Shown piece by piece: positions 54,387-64,000 of a stretch of DNA of 64,000 nt (position 1 is its first letter; each line of letters begins with the position of its first letter). The DNA comes from Hyphomicrobiales bacterium. Lineage in GTDB: Bacteria; Pseudomonadota; Alphaproteobacteria; Rhizobiales; JAJFHC01. The stretch spans positions 20,733-84,732 of the forward strand of contig CBDAQD010000001.1 in NCBI GenBank assembly GCA_965198845.1, written 5' to 3'. The translations under genes and the position numbers were made by a program. The notes below the pieces were generated by a model. The model saw only the letters and a list, made by a program, of their open reading frames with translations, did not search any database and was not told the origin of the DNA.

Positions 54387-55637
54387 GTGGCTGCTGGACA
54401 AAGCGACATAACTGGCGCCGGCGACATCGACGTCGCCGGCCTGGACATCCTGAACCTGCCGGACGACTTCGTGGCGAACGCGTACGGGTATTACGCGGCC
54501 CTCAGGGAACGGAGCCCCATCCACCGGAACTCCGACGGCTCGTTCATGCTGACGCGCTACGACGACCTGGTTGCGGTATACCGCGACCCCGAAGTCTGGA
54601 GCTCAGACAAGAAGATCGACTTCAAGCCCAAGTTCGGCGACTCGCCGCTTTACGAGCACCATACGACCAGCCTTGTTTTCCGCGATCCGCCGGATCACAC
54701 GCGCATCCGGAAACTGTTCCAGGCAGGCTTCACACGCAAGGCGCTGGCGGCGCTCGAGCCGCGGATCCACGCCCTCGTCGACGACTTCCTCGACCGGTTG
54801 GAGGACCAGCGGAAGATGGAAATCGTCTCGGAGTTCTCCTTCAAGCTGCCGATCGAGATCGTGTGCGACATGCTGGGCGTGCCGAGCTCAGACCGCAGTC
54901 TGATCCGTGACTGGGCCCTGCTCATTCTCGGAGGGCTGGAGCCGGTGCTGACGGACGAACAGTTCAAGGCGGGCTGCGACGCTGTCGAGGACTTCAAAGC
55001 CTATCTGCGCGAGCGCGTGAAGGAGCGCAAGGCGAAGCCGGAAGGCTGGAGCGAGAGCGACATTCTCGCCAAACTGATCGACGCGGAGGAGGACGGCGAA
55101 CGGCTGACGGAGCTGGAACTGCTGCACCAGTGCATCTTCCTGCTCAATGCCGGACATGAAACGTCGACAAACATGATCTCGCACGGCATCCACGAGATGC
55201 TGCGCAACCGGAGCGAAATCGCAAAGCTCAATGCCGACCCGGCCCTGATCGACAGCCTGGTCGAGGAAGTGCTGCGCTATCAGGCACCGATCCAGATCAA
55301 CAACCGGCGCGCGCTGAGAGACACGGAGCTGTCCGGCACACCGCTTGCGGCCGGGAGCATGGTGCACCTGATGATCGGCGCCGGAAACCACGATGCCGCC
55401 CAGTTCGCCGACCCGGAACGCTTCGATATCTCGAGGCGTCCGAACCGCCACCTTTCATTCGGTCTCGGCATCCACATCTGCGCCGGCAACTCGCTGGCTC
55501 GGATCGAGGCCAAAATCGCGTTCGAAAAGCTGTTCCACCGGTTTCCGGATCTCCAGCTTGTCGAGCCGCCGCGGCTGTCGAAACGGATCCGGTTCAGGGA
55601 AGTCAGCGCACTGCAGGTGGCGCTCCAACGCGACTGA
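54387..55637 (+). CDS. Cytochrome P450
   Basis: GTG start. 416 aa with an EEVLRY (ExxR) motif and the heme loop FGLGIHICAGNSLA. Confidence 0.9.
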   Translation: MAAGQSDITGAGDIDVAGLDILNLPDDFVANAYGYYAALRERSPIHRNSDGSFMLTRYDDLVAVYRDPEVWSSDKKIDFKPKFGDSPLYEHHTTSLVFRDPPDHTRIRKLFQAGFTRKALAALEPRIHALVDDFLDRLEDQRKMEIVSEFSFKLPIEIVCDMLGVPSSDRSLIRDWALLILGGLEPVLTDEQFKAGCDAVEDFKAYLRERVKERKAKPEGWSESDILAKLIDAEEDGERLTELELLHQCIFLLNAGHETSTNMISHGIHEMLRNRSEIAKLNADPALIDSLVEEVLRYQAPIQINNRRALRDTELSGTPLAAGSMVHLMIGAGNHDAAQFADPERFDISRRPNRHLSFGLGIHICAGNSLARIEAKIAFEKLFHRFPDLQLVEPPRLSKRIRFREVSALQVALQRD

Positions 55638-55953
55638 AAATCCCGGACTCCAATGAGTGCTTGTGATTCATTCCCCTTTCGGTTGTGCAAAAACCTTTGG
55701 AAATTATGGCAAAATCATGTCGAACTCTGTTCCAGTTTGAAACATAACTCGCGTATTAGTTGCAATTTTGCATCGGCGCTGATCTTCCTGCATCCCTGTT
55801 CCGTAATACGCCTTGACCGCGCGCAAGACGCGGCGCAACAGTTGGTCCACCGGCTCAATACGTCCGGCACACAACACTCACTCTGAGGCAAACGCAGGGG
55901 GGCTGCCCATCGCTTTCCGACTTCAGGAAAGCGACCCTGTAACGGAGCAGTCC

Positions 55954-56658
55954 ATGAGTTCGCGTTTCACTAAACTCCTCTTCACACTGGCCTTTGTCGG
56001 CATGTCCTTCGGCGGCGCCGCGCGCGCCGCAGATCTGCCGCAACAATCATTCCAGGCCCCGCCGCCGACACTCGGCAGTTTCTATCTCGCGGTACGCGGC
56101 GGCCTGAACTTTCTTGAAGACAATAACTTCGGCGTGCTCGGCATCACGGTCGACACCGACTATGACGTCGGATACGGGCTCTTCGGCGCCATCGGTTACG
56201 ACACCGGCGACATCTGGGCGCTCGGCAAGTTCCGCCTCGAAGGCGAGGTCGGCTTCCGGCACAACGACGTCGACTCCCACAATGTCGGCGGCGTGAACGT
56301 GACCGGGGGTGCCGCGGACGGCGATGTGTACCAGTACTCGTTCATGGCCAACCTCTATCACGACTTCCTGCCGGGAGCGGCGTTTCGGCCCTATGTCGGA
56401 TTCGGACTTGGCTATGCCGAGGCCGACGCCGACGGCTTCGCCGCCAACGGTTTAACCGTGCTCAATGACAGCGACGGCGACTTCGCCTATCAGCTCATGG
56501 CGGGCGCATCCTGGCAGTTTGCACCACAATGGACGTTAGAAGCCGAATACCGCTACTTCGCGACCGACAGCATCAGCCTGCAGGCGGTGGACGGCACAAC
56601 CAGCACCGTCGACTTCGACAATCACAGCGCGCTTGTCGGATTGCGGTTCGGATTCTAA
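55954..56658 (+). CDS. Outer-membrane beta-barrel protein (Omp25/Omp31-like)
   Basis: Signal peptide MSSRFTKLLFTLAFVGMSFGGAARA, alternating beta-strand pattern, and a C-terminal LVGLRFGF. Confidence 0.85.
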   Translation: MSSRFTKLLFTLAFVGMSFGGAARAADLPQQSFQAPPPTLGSFYLAVRGGLNFLEDNNFGVLGITVDTDYDVGYGLFGAIGYDTGDIWALGKFRLEGEVGFRHNDVDSHNVGGVNVTGGAADGDVYQYSFMANLYHDFLPGAAFRPYVGFGLGYAEADADGFAANGLTVLNDSDGDFAYQLMAGASWQFAPQWTLEAEYRYFATDSISLQAVDGTTSTVDFDNHSALVGLRFGF

Positions 56659-56665
56659 CGGCCAG

Positions 56666-56700
56666 CCGGCGGCACCCGGCCGAGGGGGAGGTGCCGCCGG
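56666..56700 (+). terminator. GC-rich hairpin after the omp gene
   Basis: CCGGCGGCAC / GTGCCGCCGG 10-bp stem with a 15-nt loop. The U-tract is weak. Confidence 0.45.
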
Positions 56701-56728
56701 TCATGATTTCCCGGCAACTTTGTTTCGA

Positions 56729-56950
56729 TCAATCGACTGCCGGCGGCCTAAGCCAGGCAGCGAAACGTGCCGTTACCGCCGGCATCACGACATAGACCAT
56801 CACCGGCACCATGATTGCGCTGAGAATGAGGGTGCGAAGCGGCATCGGCAAGGCATCGACCACAGGGTCAAGAGTCGCGATCAGCACCGTGATCAGGGGA
56901 TAGACGACGGACCACGTCAGCAGGGCCATCTTGTGCCGGTTCGGTTTCAT
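56729..56950 (-). CDS. Small two-TM membrane protein (DUF2798-like)
   Basis: 73 aa. Its ATG overlaps the stop of the aldo/keto reductase gene. Confidence 0.6.
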   Translation of the reverse strand: MKPNRHKMALLTWSVVYPLITVLIATLDPVVDALPMPLRTLILSAIMVPVMVYVVMPAVTARFAAWLRPPAVD

Positions 56951-57750
56951 TCGTCACCTCCCGCCAGAAAGCCATCGACGATGTCCCAGGCACTCCAGTT
57001 CTCCTCAAGGTGGGCGATGGATGTCGTGCCGGGGATGACGATGATGTTGGGCGATCTTTGCAGCAGCCAGGCCAGCGACTCGCGTGCTTTCAGCTTCGCG
57101 CCGCGCTGCATCGGATTGGCGCCGAGCGGTCCATAGGGAATGAACGCGATGTTTTGCCGGGCGGTGTAGTCCACAAGATCACTGTCCCCTGTTTCCGCCA
57201 TGTTGAACCGGTTCTGCACACTGGCGATCGGCGCAACGGCCAGTGCTCGGTCAAGCTGCTCACGGGAAACATTGGAAAGGCCGATGTGGCCGACGCGGCC
57301 GTCCGCAACTGCCTCGGCCAATGCGGAGACCGAATCTTCTATCGGCGTCTCAGGATCGACCCGATGAAGTTGAAAAAGATCGATGCGGTCGCGCCTGAGA
57401 TTGATCAGTGCCTTGTCGATCTGGCGCAGCAGCGTGTCCCTCGATCCGTCGACCACGATCCGCCCGGCTTCCGGCTTGTCGACGCCGCCTTTGGTGGCGA
57501 TGACGATATCGCGGCCCTCCAGCGCCTCACCGACGATCCGGTCGGCGGTTTCCGGTCCATAGGCCCAGGCGCTGTCAAAGAACGTCACGCCAAGATCGGC
57601 CGCCCGGCGCAGCAGATCTAGACCGCCCTGCCAGTTTTCGTACGGCCCGAAATTGCCCGGCTGACCGGTCAGCCTCATGGCCCCGTAGCCGAGGCGGTTC
57701 ACTTCAATTTCTCCACCAATCCGAAATGTCTTCGAAAAGTCCGTCATCAT
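56947..57750 (-). CDS. Aldo/keto reductase
   Basis: 267 aa with LGYGAMRLTG, FFDSAWAYGP and IPGTTSIAHLEEN. Confidence 0.9.
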   Translation of the reverse strand: MMTDFSKTFRIGGEIEVNRLGYGAMRLTGQPGNFGPYENWQGGLDLLRRAADLGVTFFDSAWAYGPETADRIVGEALEGRDIVIATKGGVDKPEAGRIVVDGSRDTLLRQIDKALINLRRDRIDLFQLHRVDPETPIEDSVSALAEAVADGRVGHIGLSNVSREQLDRALAVAPIASVQNRFNMAETGDSDLVDYTARQNIAFIPYGPLGANPMQRGAKLKARESLAWLLQRSPNIIVIPGTTSIAHLEENWSAWDIVDGFLAGGDE

Positions 57751-57857
57751 TTATCTCCGTTTTCGCTGCGGCACCCGCCGCCTTCGGAGATCAATTTGGC
57801 GATATTCTTTGCTACTCGGTAGACAGTTTAAACGCCTTATTGTTATACATAATACGT

Positions 57858-58778
57858 ATGAGTAAACCTCTGGACCGTCTCACCCTGCTTGAGACCTTTG
57901 CGAGGATCGCCGAACGTGGCTCGATCAGCGCGGCGGCACGCGACCTCGGACTGTCGCAGGCCTCGGCGAGCCGGCAACTGAAAGACCTTGAAGACCGCTT
58001 TGGCGCCCAACTGATCCGCAGAACCACACACTCCCTGTCCCTGACGTCGGCGGGACAGGATCTGTTGCGCGACGCACGCGAACTGACATCCAGCTGGGAA
58101 GCGCTTGAGGACAAGCACGGTGGTGCCGACCAGGATGTCAAAGGTGCGCTCAATGTGGTCGCGCCGGTCGCCCTCGGTCAACTGCATCTCGCCGAGATTG
58201 CACTGCGGTTTCAACTCGCACATCGTGGCGTGTCCATCGGCTGGCATCTGAATGACGAACTGATCCGGTTTGCCGAGATCGGCTGTGACTGCTGGATCAA
58301 GGTCGGGCCGGTCCCCGATGACACGCTGATCGTGCGTGAGCTTGGACGGGTTGAGCGCCTTATCGTAGCCGCTCCAAACCTTGCTGGGTCCGGGCAATTC
58401 ACGTCACCTGATCAGATCTCCAGTCTGCCTTGCGCTGCGCTGCAGCCGTTTGAAGGCGGAAACATCGCGCTATCCGGAACGTCCGGAGACACTTTCGTAA
58501 TCCGGCCGGGCGTCTGTCTCAGCACCAACAATATCTTCGCGCTTCATCGGGCGGCTCTCATGGGCGTCGGCTTTGCGGTTCTGCCACGCTGGTTTGTCGA
58601 GGAGGATCTTGAGACCGGGCGGCTGATCGACATCCTGCCGGACTGGCGGGCGACGACGCTTACAGTCAACGCGGCGTTCCTGCCGAGCCGGTATCAGCCG
58701 AAACGCCTGCTTCAGTTTCTCGAGCATCTGGCAGAAGAGTTCGGCGAAATACCCGGAATCCTGGCTCCGTCCGGCTGA
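57858..58778 (+). CDS. LysR-family transcriptional regulator
   Basis: Start MSKPLDRLTLLETFARIAERGSISAAARDLGLSQASASRQLKDLE. Divergent from the AKR operon. Confidence 0.9.
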   Translation: MSKPLDRLTLLETFARIAERGSISAAARDLGLSQASASRQLKDLEDRFGAQLIRRTTHSLSLTSAGQDLLRDARELTSSWEALEDKHGGADQDVKGALNVVAPVALGQLHLAEIALRFQLAHRGVSIGWHLNDELIRFAEIGCDCWIKVGPVPDDTLIVRELGRVERLIVAAPNLAGSGQFTSPDQISSLPCAALQPFEGGNIALSGTSGDTFVIRPGVCLSTNNIFALHRAALMGVGFAVLPRWFVEEDLETGRLIDILPDWRATTLTVNAAFLPSRYQPKRLLQFLEHLAEEFGEIPGILAPSG

Positions 58779-58794
58779 CCGTTCAGTCCCGAAT

Positions 58795-59482
58795 TCACAC
58801 TTCCGCCAGATCGTCGACCACCGCTTCACCGGCGAAGTGCTGGCCCAGCGGCCAGAGATGAACAGGAAAGGGCTTCGTCTCCATCGTTCGGATCGTCAGG
58901 CCTGCTTCCTCGATCATCCGTGGCGGCTGGCGGACCAGGTTGCAGCCCGCCGCAAGGATACCCCAGACACCGTTCAGTCGATCCTGGGCGCGTGCGCGAA
59001 ACGCCTGGCCAGACCGGCCATGTTCAACAAAGAGAAGCCGGCCACCGGGCTTGAGCACGCGCCGGATCTCCCGGAGCGCGCGGTCCGGTTCGGGAATCGT
59101 GCAGAGAGCATAGGTCACGACAGCGGTATCAATGGACGCACTCTCGACCGGAAGGTCCTCGGCAACGCCTTTTGACAGGGTAACCGCATCACCTGTTTCT
59201 TCTGCCTTGCGCCTGGCAATCCCGAGCATCCGCACATCCGGATCGATGCCGATGATTTCCTCGATCCCGGAAAAATCATAGAACGGCAAATTGAGGCCCG
59301 ATCCCGGAAAAATCATAGAACGGCAAATTGAGGCCCGAGCCGATTCCGACCTCGATCACGCGACCGCTGGCTTGCGTAACCACCCGCCGTCTCATGGCCG
59401 CAAACGTGCCCAGCGCGCAGCCGGCATGAACGCAATAGGGCGCGATCCTGTCTCTGAAAAAGACGCTGCATGAAATACACAT
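58795..59482 (-). pseudogene. Class I SAM-dependent methyltransferase, frameshifted by a 37-bp tandem duplication
   Basis: Two overlapping ORFs (59276-59482 and 58795-59316) both contain [14 protein letters not shown]. Removing one repeat copy restores a single frame: ...[33 protein letters not shown]...LKPGGRLLFVEH. Confidence 0.8.
59263..59336. repeat. Perfect 2 x 37-bp direct tandem duplication
   Basis: gatcccggaaaaatcatagaacggcaaattgaggccc occurs at 59263-59299 and again at 59300-59336. Confidence 0.95.
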
Positions 59483-59695
59483 GACGAGACACTCCGTCCC
59501 TCGAATGCAGCGACGTCGTCTTCAGCACCGGCAAAGTTCCTCTTGGCAAATGCGACAGATCGCATATTTATGAGGCGGACCACCTGCCGATCCTGCGCGA
59601 AGACATCGCTGCCGTTTCCAATCATCAGGAAACCGGACTTAGGGCAGCGGCGTCCTCTGAACGTCCCCTGCCGCATCGAACGGATCGACCAAGGT

Positions 59696-61255
59696 ATGAC
59701 GCGACTCGACCTCAAACTCTTCGGATACCCGCGCCTTTCTCTGGGCGGGCTGGATCTTCCACTCAACCTGCGCAAGGGCCTGGGACTGCTGGCATTCGTC
59801 GCGGACGCACAGGCGCCTGTCAGCCGCGAGCGCATCGCCGAGCTGCTCTGGCCCGAGGCCGATCCTGGGGCCGGGCGCGCCCGACTGCGCCGGACCCTTT
59901 ACAACATGCGCGCGGCAATCGGGGCGGACCTGATTGCGTCCGACGGAGAGGCGCTCCGAATCGCCCCGGAACTCGGCGTGAACACGGACGTCCATGCATT
60001 CGAGGCCGCCTGCGACGCGGAGGACTTCGCCGCGGCGGCGCAGCTTTATGCAACGGACTTCCTCGCCGGGTTTTCCATCGACGACAGCAGCGACTTCGAC
60101 GACTGGTCATTCTACAGACGCGAAGAGTTGCGGAGCCGTTTCACGCAAGCTCTGGAGCGGCTCGCCGAATCGCAGATGGTCGAGAGTGACAGTCGGGCAG
60201 CCGTTGCAACCGCAACGCGTCTCGTCGGACTGGATCCCCTAAGCGAAGCAGCCCAGCGGAGACTGATCGCGGCCCACCTGGCGTGTGGCGACCGGTCGGC
60301 TGCTGAACAGCAATACGCTGCATGCGCGAGAATGCTCGAAGAGGAATTCGGAGCCGAACCGGCCCCGGAGACGCGGCAGTTGGTGGAAGCGGCACCTCGC
60401 GGACATGTCGCATCATTGCCGGCGACGCGTTATGCCGAGAATAATGGCCTTCATATTGCGTATCAGACGATCGGCGAAGGTCCTATCGACATTGTTGTCG
60501 TTCCGGGATTCGTGTCGCACGTCGAAAGGGCCTGGGACTTCCCGCCCTGCCGCCGGTTCCTCAACAAACTGTCCGCGTTTGCGCGTGTCATCATCTTCGA
60601 CCGGCGCGGCATAGGCCTCTCCGACCGGGTCGGTTCGGCGCCGACTGTGGAAGCCACCTCCGCTGATATCGGTATCGTTTTGGATGCTGTCGGCGCACGC
60701 AGGACACTTCTGTTCGGCGCATCGGAGGGAGGTCCGGCAGCAGTCCACTTCGCTGCCCGGCTCCCGGAGCGTCTGCACGGACTGGTGCTCTACGGCTCGC
60801 TCGCGAAGGGCATAAAGGACGAAAGTTACCCACACGCGCTGAGCCGGGCGCAATACGGCATGTGGCTCAAACGCCTCGTCTCCGGCTGGGGCGGACCGGC
60901 AGAGCTCGATACCTTTGCTCCGAGCCTTGCCGCGGACCGCCAGGCGGTGAACTGGTGGGGCGCCCTCTTGCGTTCGGCGTCCAGCCCGGGCGCAATCAAA
61001 GCCATTCTCGAAGCTCTTCGGGATACGGACGTACGGGACCTGCTGAAACAGGTAAGCGTGCCGACGCTGGTGATGCACCGTCGCGGCGACCGGGCCGTAA
61101 GGTTCGACGCCGGACAGCATCTGGCCGAAAACATTGAGAATGCCCGATTTGTCGAACTGGCCGGCCACGATCACTGGTTCTTTGCCGGCGACCAGGATGC
61201 ACTGATTTCCGAAGTTCGAAGATTTTCGATTGAACTGGAGCGCTTCAGCAATTAA
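59696..61255 (+). CDS. BTAD/SARP-type winged-helix regulator fused to an alpha/beta-hydrolase domain
   Basis: Start MTRLDLKLFGYPRLSLGG. The BTAD region is AAQRRLIAAHLACGDRSAAEQQYAACARMLEEEFGAEP. The C-terminal half carries VVVPGFVSHVE...LFGASEGG (nucleophile elbow GxSxG). Confidence 0.8.
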   Translation: MTRLDLKLFGYPRLSLGGLDLPLNLRKGLGLLAFVADAQAPVSRERIAELLWPEADPGAGRARLRRTLYNMRAAIGADLIASDGEALRIAPELGVNTDVHAFEAACDAEDFAAAAQLYATDFLAGFSIDDSSDFDDWSFYRREELRSRFTQALERLAESQMVESDSRAAVATATRLVGLDPLSEAAQRRLIAAHLACGDRSAAEQQYAACARMLEEEFGAEPAPETRQLVEAAPRGHVASLPATRYAENNGLHIAYQTIGEGPIDIVVVPGFVSHVERAWDFPPCRRFLNKLSAFARVIIFDRRGIGLSDRVGSAPTVEATSADIGIVLDAVGARRTLLFGASEGGPAAVHFAARLPERLHGLVLYGSLAKGIKDESYPHALSRAQYGMWLKRLVSGWGGPAELDTFAPSLAADRQAVNWWGALLRSASSPGAIKAILEALRDTDVRDLLKQVSVPTLVMHRRGDRAVRFDAGQHLAENIENARFVELAGHDHWFFAGDQDALISEVRRFSIELERFSN

Positions 61256-61275
61256 ATAACTAAAAGGTTTTTTAA

Positions 61276-61932
61276 TTGAAGTTGTCGCCTGTTATGTCCA
61301 GCCCCAGCGAAGACCGATTCCTTTACCTGATCAAAAGCCGGGGCAGTCAGACCGCAGGTGCGATCGCCGAGCGCCTCGGCATGAGCGCGGTGGCCGCGCG
61401 CAAGCAGCTCGGGCGGCTGGAGGCCGAGGGTCTCGTCGCCTTCGAAAACACATCGGGCAGCGTCGGGAGGCCGGAACGGCTCTGGTCGCTGACCGACAAG
61501 GGGCACGCCCGCTTTCCGGATACACATTCCGATCTCACGCTGGAACTGTTGCGTTCCGTGCGCGCCACGTTCGGCGAGGACGGCCTGGAACGGATCATTG
61601 CCGAACGCGAGAAGGCGACACGCGTGACCTACGACGCCGCACTTTCGGAACGCCAGAGCCTGGAGGACCGGGTCAGCGCCCTTGCGGACATCAGAAACCG
61701 CGAAGGCTACATGGCGGAATGGCAGCGCAACGACGACGGCAGCCTGATGCTGATCGAAAACCACTGTCCGATCTGCGCGGCGGCGACGGAGTGCCAAGGC
61801 CTCTGCCGCAGCGAACTGTTGATCTTCCGGGCCGTGCTCGGCGACGACGTCTCGGTCGAGCGTGTCGACCATATCCTTGCGGGCGCGCGGCGCTGCGCTT
61901 ACCGAATCTCGGCCGGCACCGGGTCGGCGTGA
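61276..61932 (+). CDS. Winged-helix transcriptional regulator with a C-terminal Cys cluster
   Basis: HTH SQTAGAIAERLGMSAVAARKQLGRLEAEGLV. Cys cluster HCPICAAATECQGLCRSE. The start could be a few codons downstream. Confidence 0.75.
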   Translation: MKLSPVMSSPSEDRFLYLIKSRGSQTAGAIAERLGMSAVAARKQLGRLEAEGLVAFENTSGSVGRPERLWSLTDKGHARFPDTHSDLTLELLRSVRATFGEDGLERIIAEREKATRVTYDAALSERQSLEDRVSALADIRNREGYMAEWQRNDDGSLMLIENHCPICAAATECQGLCRSELLIFRAVLGDDVSVERVDHILAGARRCAYRISAGTGSA

Positions 61933-61933
61933 C

Positions 61934-63352
61934 ATGGCAAGCCATGAACCAGGCGTGGCACAAGCCGGATGGGCGGACCTGTTCGAAAGCGGGCGCTTTC
62001 TCAAGCTTGTTCTACTATGCCTCGGGGTCTGGCTGCATGCGGCGGATGCCCTTCTGGCGGCAACGACCATGCCGAGCGCCGTCGAGGAGATCGGCGGCGT
62101 CGCCTATATCAGCTGGACCATCGCACTTTACGAACTGGGCTCGATTGTTGCCGGGGCTGTAACGGGACTTCTTGCCGTGCGGCATGGCCTGCGCCCAACG
62201 ACCATCGCTGCAGCATCCGTTTACACCATCGGCTGTGTCGCAAGCGCAGTCGCCCCCGACATGGCGACCATGCTCGCCGGCCGCACGCTTCAGGGCCTCG
62301 GCGGCGGCTGTCTCGTCGCCGTCGCCTTTGTGGCGGCAAGCAAGCTCTTTCCCGACCGCCTCATTCCCATGACCATGGCCCTCATCTCCGGGATCTGGGG
62401 TGCATCCGCCTTCTGCGGACCGCTGATCGGCGGCCTCTTCGCCTCCGCCGGGCTGTGGCGCATGGCGTTCTGGGCCTTCGCAGCCCAGGCGCTCGTTTTG
62501 ATCGTTGCCGCAATATTTCTGCTGCGCGACACCGAGGATGCGTCCGCCAGTGACCGCAAGAGCCACGACCAGGCCGCGCCGATACGCCGGCTGGGCATCC
62601 TGTCTGTCGCCGTTCTTGCCATCGCCGCCGCCGGCGCTGAGGTCGCTCCGCTCCGGTCTGCGGCCCTGGTTGCAGTCGGTATCGCGGCGTTCGTCTTGTT
62701 CTTCAGGCTGGATGCCAAAGCGGAGAACCGGCTGTTCCCGCGCCGGCCGCTCGACATACGCCATACGGTGGGCGCGGGACTGGCCATGATCCTTCTGCTC
62801 GCCATCGCCACCATGTCGTTCACCACCTATGGCCCGCTCCTGATGCGCGTGCTGTACGGCATCGATCCGCTCGGCGCGGGTTACATGATTGCCGTGGAAT
62901 CGGTCGGCTGGACCCTCGCCGCCATCGCCTTCGCCAGCGCGGCGGTCCGTTACGAGGGGCTGATCATCAAGACCGGCTCCGTGCTGATCACCGCCGGTCT
63001 CATCGGCTTTGCCTTCGCCATGCCGTCGGACTCCCTGATCGGTCTGTTCATTGCCGCGGTGGCGACGGGCGCCGGCTTCGGCATGTTCTGGGGATTCGTG
63101 GTCCGCAGGGTGGTCGCTGCCGCAGCAGACTCCGAGCGGGAGACGGCGTCCTCCTCGCTGCCGACAATACACCTGGTCGGCTACGCGGTCGGTTCGGCGG
63201 CGACGGGGATCGTTGCCAATGCGGCCGGTTTCGCCGATGGCGTGACGGTGGAAAATGCGCGGGTGGTTGCGTTCTGGGTCTTTGCCGCGTTCCTGCCGGT
63301 CGCGCTCCTCGGCAACGTGGCGGCCTGGAGGCTGGCGCGGGATCCGGCGTGA
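61934..63352 (+). CDS. MFS transporter (14-TM drug:H+ antiporter-like)
   Basis: Start MASHEPGVAQ, 1 nt after the upstream stop. Multiple TM helices with GRTLQGLGGG. Confidence 0.85.
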   Translation: MASHEPGVAQAGWADLFESGRFLKLVLLCLGVWLHAADALLAATTMPSAVEEIGGVAYISWTIALYELGSIVAGAVTGLLAVRHGLRPTTIAAASVYTIGCVASAVAPDMATMLAGRTLQGLGGGCLVAVAFVAASKLFPDRLIPMTMALISGIWGASAFCGPLIGGLFASAGLWRMAFWAFAAQALVLIVAAIFLLRDTEDASASDRKSHDQAAPIRRLGILSVAVLAIAAAGAEVAPLRSAALVAVGIAAFVLFFRLDAKAENRLFPRRPLDIRHTVGAGLAMILLLAIATMSFTTYGPLLMRVLYGIDPLGAGYMIAVESVGWTLAAIAFASAAVRYEGLIIKTGSVLITAGLIGFAFAMPSDSLIGLFIAAVATGAGFGMFWGFVVRRVVAAAADSERETASSSLPTIHLVGYAVGSAATGIVANAAGFADGVTVENARVVAFWVFAAFLPVALLGNVAAWRLARDPA

Positions 63353-63361
63353 CGGCCGGTC

Positions 63362-63775
63362 CTATTCAAGGCCCCATATGACGGGTTCGGCGAATTCAAG
63401 GCTGTTGCCGGCGGGATCCCGGAAGTAGATCGACCGGCCGCCGCTCGGCCACAGGAAGTCGGATTCGATTTCCACGCCTGCAGTTTCGAGACGCCCTATC
63501 CATTCCCCAATCTCGTTCGCGGTCGCCCTGAAACAGACATGGCCCGGCCCGTCAGCACCATGCGGCGGAACGGGCAGGCTTTGCGGTGAGGACGGCGGTT
63601 TCCTCGTTTCGACCGGATTGAAGACCAGCAGCACCTGATCACCGCAGCGGAAAAAGACATGCCGGTTGCCGACCCGGGTCATGCGTTCCAATCCAAGAAC
63701 GTCACGATAGAACGCCTCCGCCGCGTCGAGATCCTCGGCGTAGAGTACCGTTTCCAGAATTCCGGCTGGTGTCAT
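63362..63775 (-). CDS. VOC-family (glyoxalase/bleomycin-resistance fold) protein
   Basis: 137 aa with LYAEDLDAAEAFYRDVLGLE and HVCF...SIYFRDPAGNSLEF. Confidence 0.85.
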   Translation of the reverse strand: MTPAGILETVLYAEDLDAAEAFYRDVLGLERMTRVGNRHVFFRCGDQVLLVFNPVETRKPPSSPQSLPVPPHGADGPGHVCFRATANEIGEWIGRLETAGVEIESDFLWPSGGRSIYFRDPAGNSLEFAEPVIWGLE

Positions 63776-63802
63776 GATGACCCCTTCCTCGGGCCTTGCT
63801 GA

Positions 63803-64000
63803 CTAGAGGTCGTCGCGTGCCTTGCCGCCTGAGCCAAACAACCTGCCCCAGAATCCGGTACCGCTGTCGCTGCTGCGAACCGGCTCCTCCTCACCGCCAA
63901 TCTGCAGGCTGCTGAGCAGTCGCTCGATCGGGTTGAGCGTGTCACGGCTCTGGCCGGCGCCGAGCAATTCCTCGACCGGGAGCTGGGCATGAGCCGGCTC
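63803..64000 (-). CDS. C-terminal 65 codons of an unidentified protein (runs off the right edge)
   Basis: My translation in the frame not listed in the track is ...EELLGAGQSRDTLNPIERLLSSLQIGGEEEPVRSSDSGTGFWGRLFGSGGKARDDL*. Its composition is more protein-like than the listed 63772-63990 ORF. Confidence 0.45.
   Translation of the reverse strand, partial: EPAHAQLPVEELLGAGQSRDTLNPIERLLSSLQIGGEEEPVRSSDSGTGFWGRLFGSGGKARDDL

Noticed and set aside
63772-63990. 72-aa minus-strand track ORF
   Set aside because: It is Ser/Arg/Ala-rich. A different frame, open to the window edge, gives a more protein-like C-terminus (63803-64000), and I prefer that frame.

Overview
This window is a high-GC (about 62-65%) alphaproteobacterial chromosome segment. 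The gene content (actS/actR, an SCO/SenC-type protein, phaZ, mepA, polA) looks Hyphomicrobiales/Rhodobacterales-like.

Positions 1-24.7 kb are accessory DNA, the right-hand part of an integrative conjugative element (ICE) with an ICEMlSym/Tn4371-like backbone:
- The backbone genes are an IS110 copy at the window edge, traF, DUF2840, an RdfS-like excisionase, an FseA-like activator split over two frames, DUF736, a ParB-like protein, a PP-loop remnant and ardC.
- ardC is cut into three in-frame pieces by two unrelated recombinase-in-trio (RIT) elements, which together carry six tyrosine recombinase genes.
- Next comes a roughly 40% GC, translationally coupled seven-gene operon: HTH, Dcm, Vsr, a MORC/MutL-like GHKL ATPase, a Z1 ATPase, a PD-(D/E)XK protein and AIPR. 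I rate this as the most interesting system in the window.
- The accessory block ends with an intact tRNA-Arg(CCG) embedded in AT-rich DNA and a truncated 5' half of a second tRNA-Arg(CCG) at the junction with core DNA.
- No ICE integrase is visible.

Positions 24.7-64 kb are ordinary core genes: polA, a Zn peptidase, yciB, mepA, an oxygenase/regulator cluster, an NAPRTase-family enzyme, two P450s, mmcB, actSR, ABC and MFS transporters, SCO, phaZ and others. The oddities here are a secreted 14-Cys CNPC-repeat peptide, a methyltransferase frameshifted by a perfect 37-bp tandem duplication, and a low-GC orphan gene coupled to the Zn peptidase.

I saw no rRNA, CRISPR array or phage structural genes. 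All family calls come from reading motifs by eye; no database search was possible.
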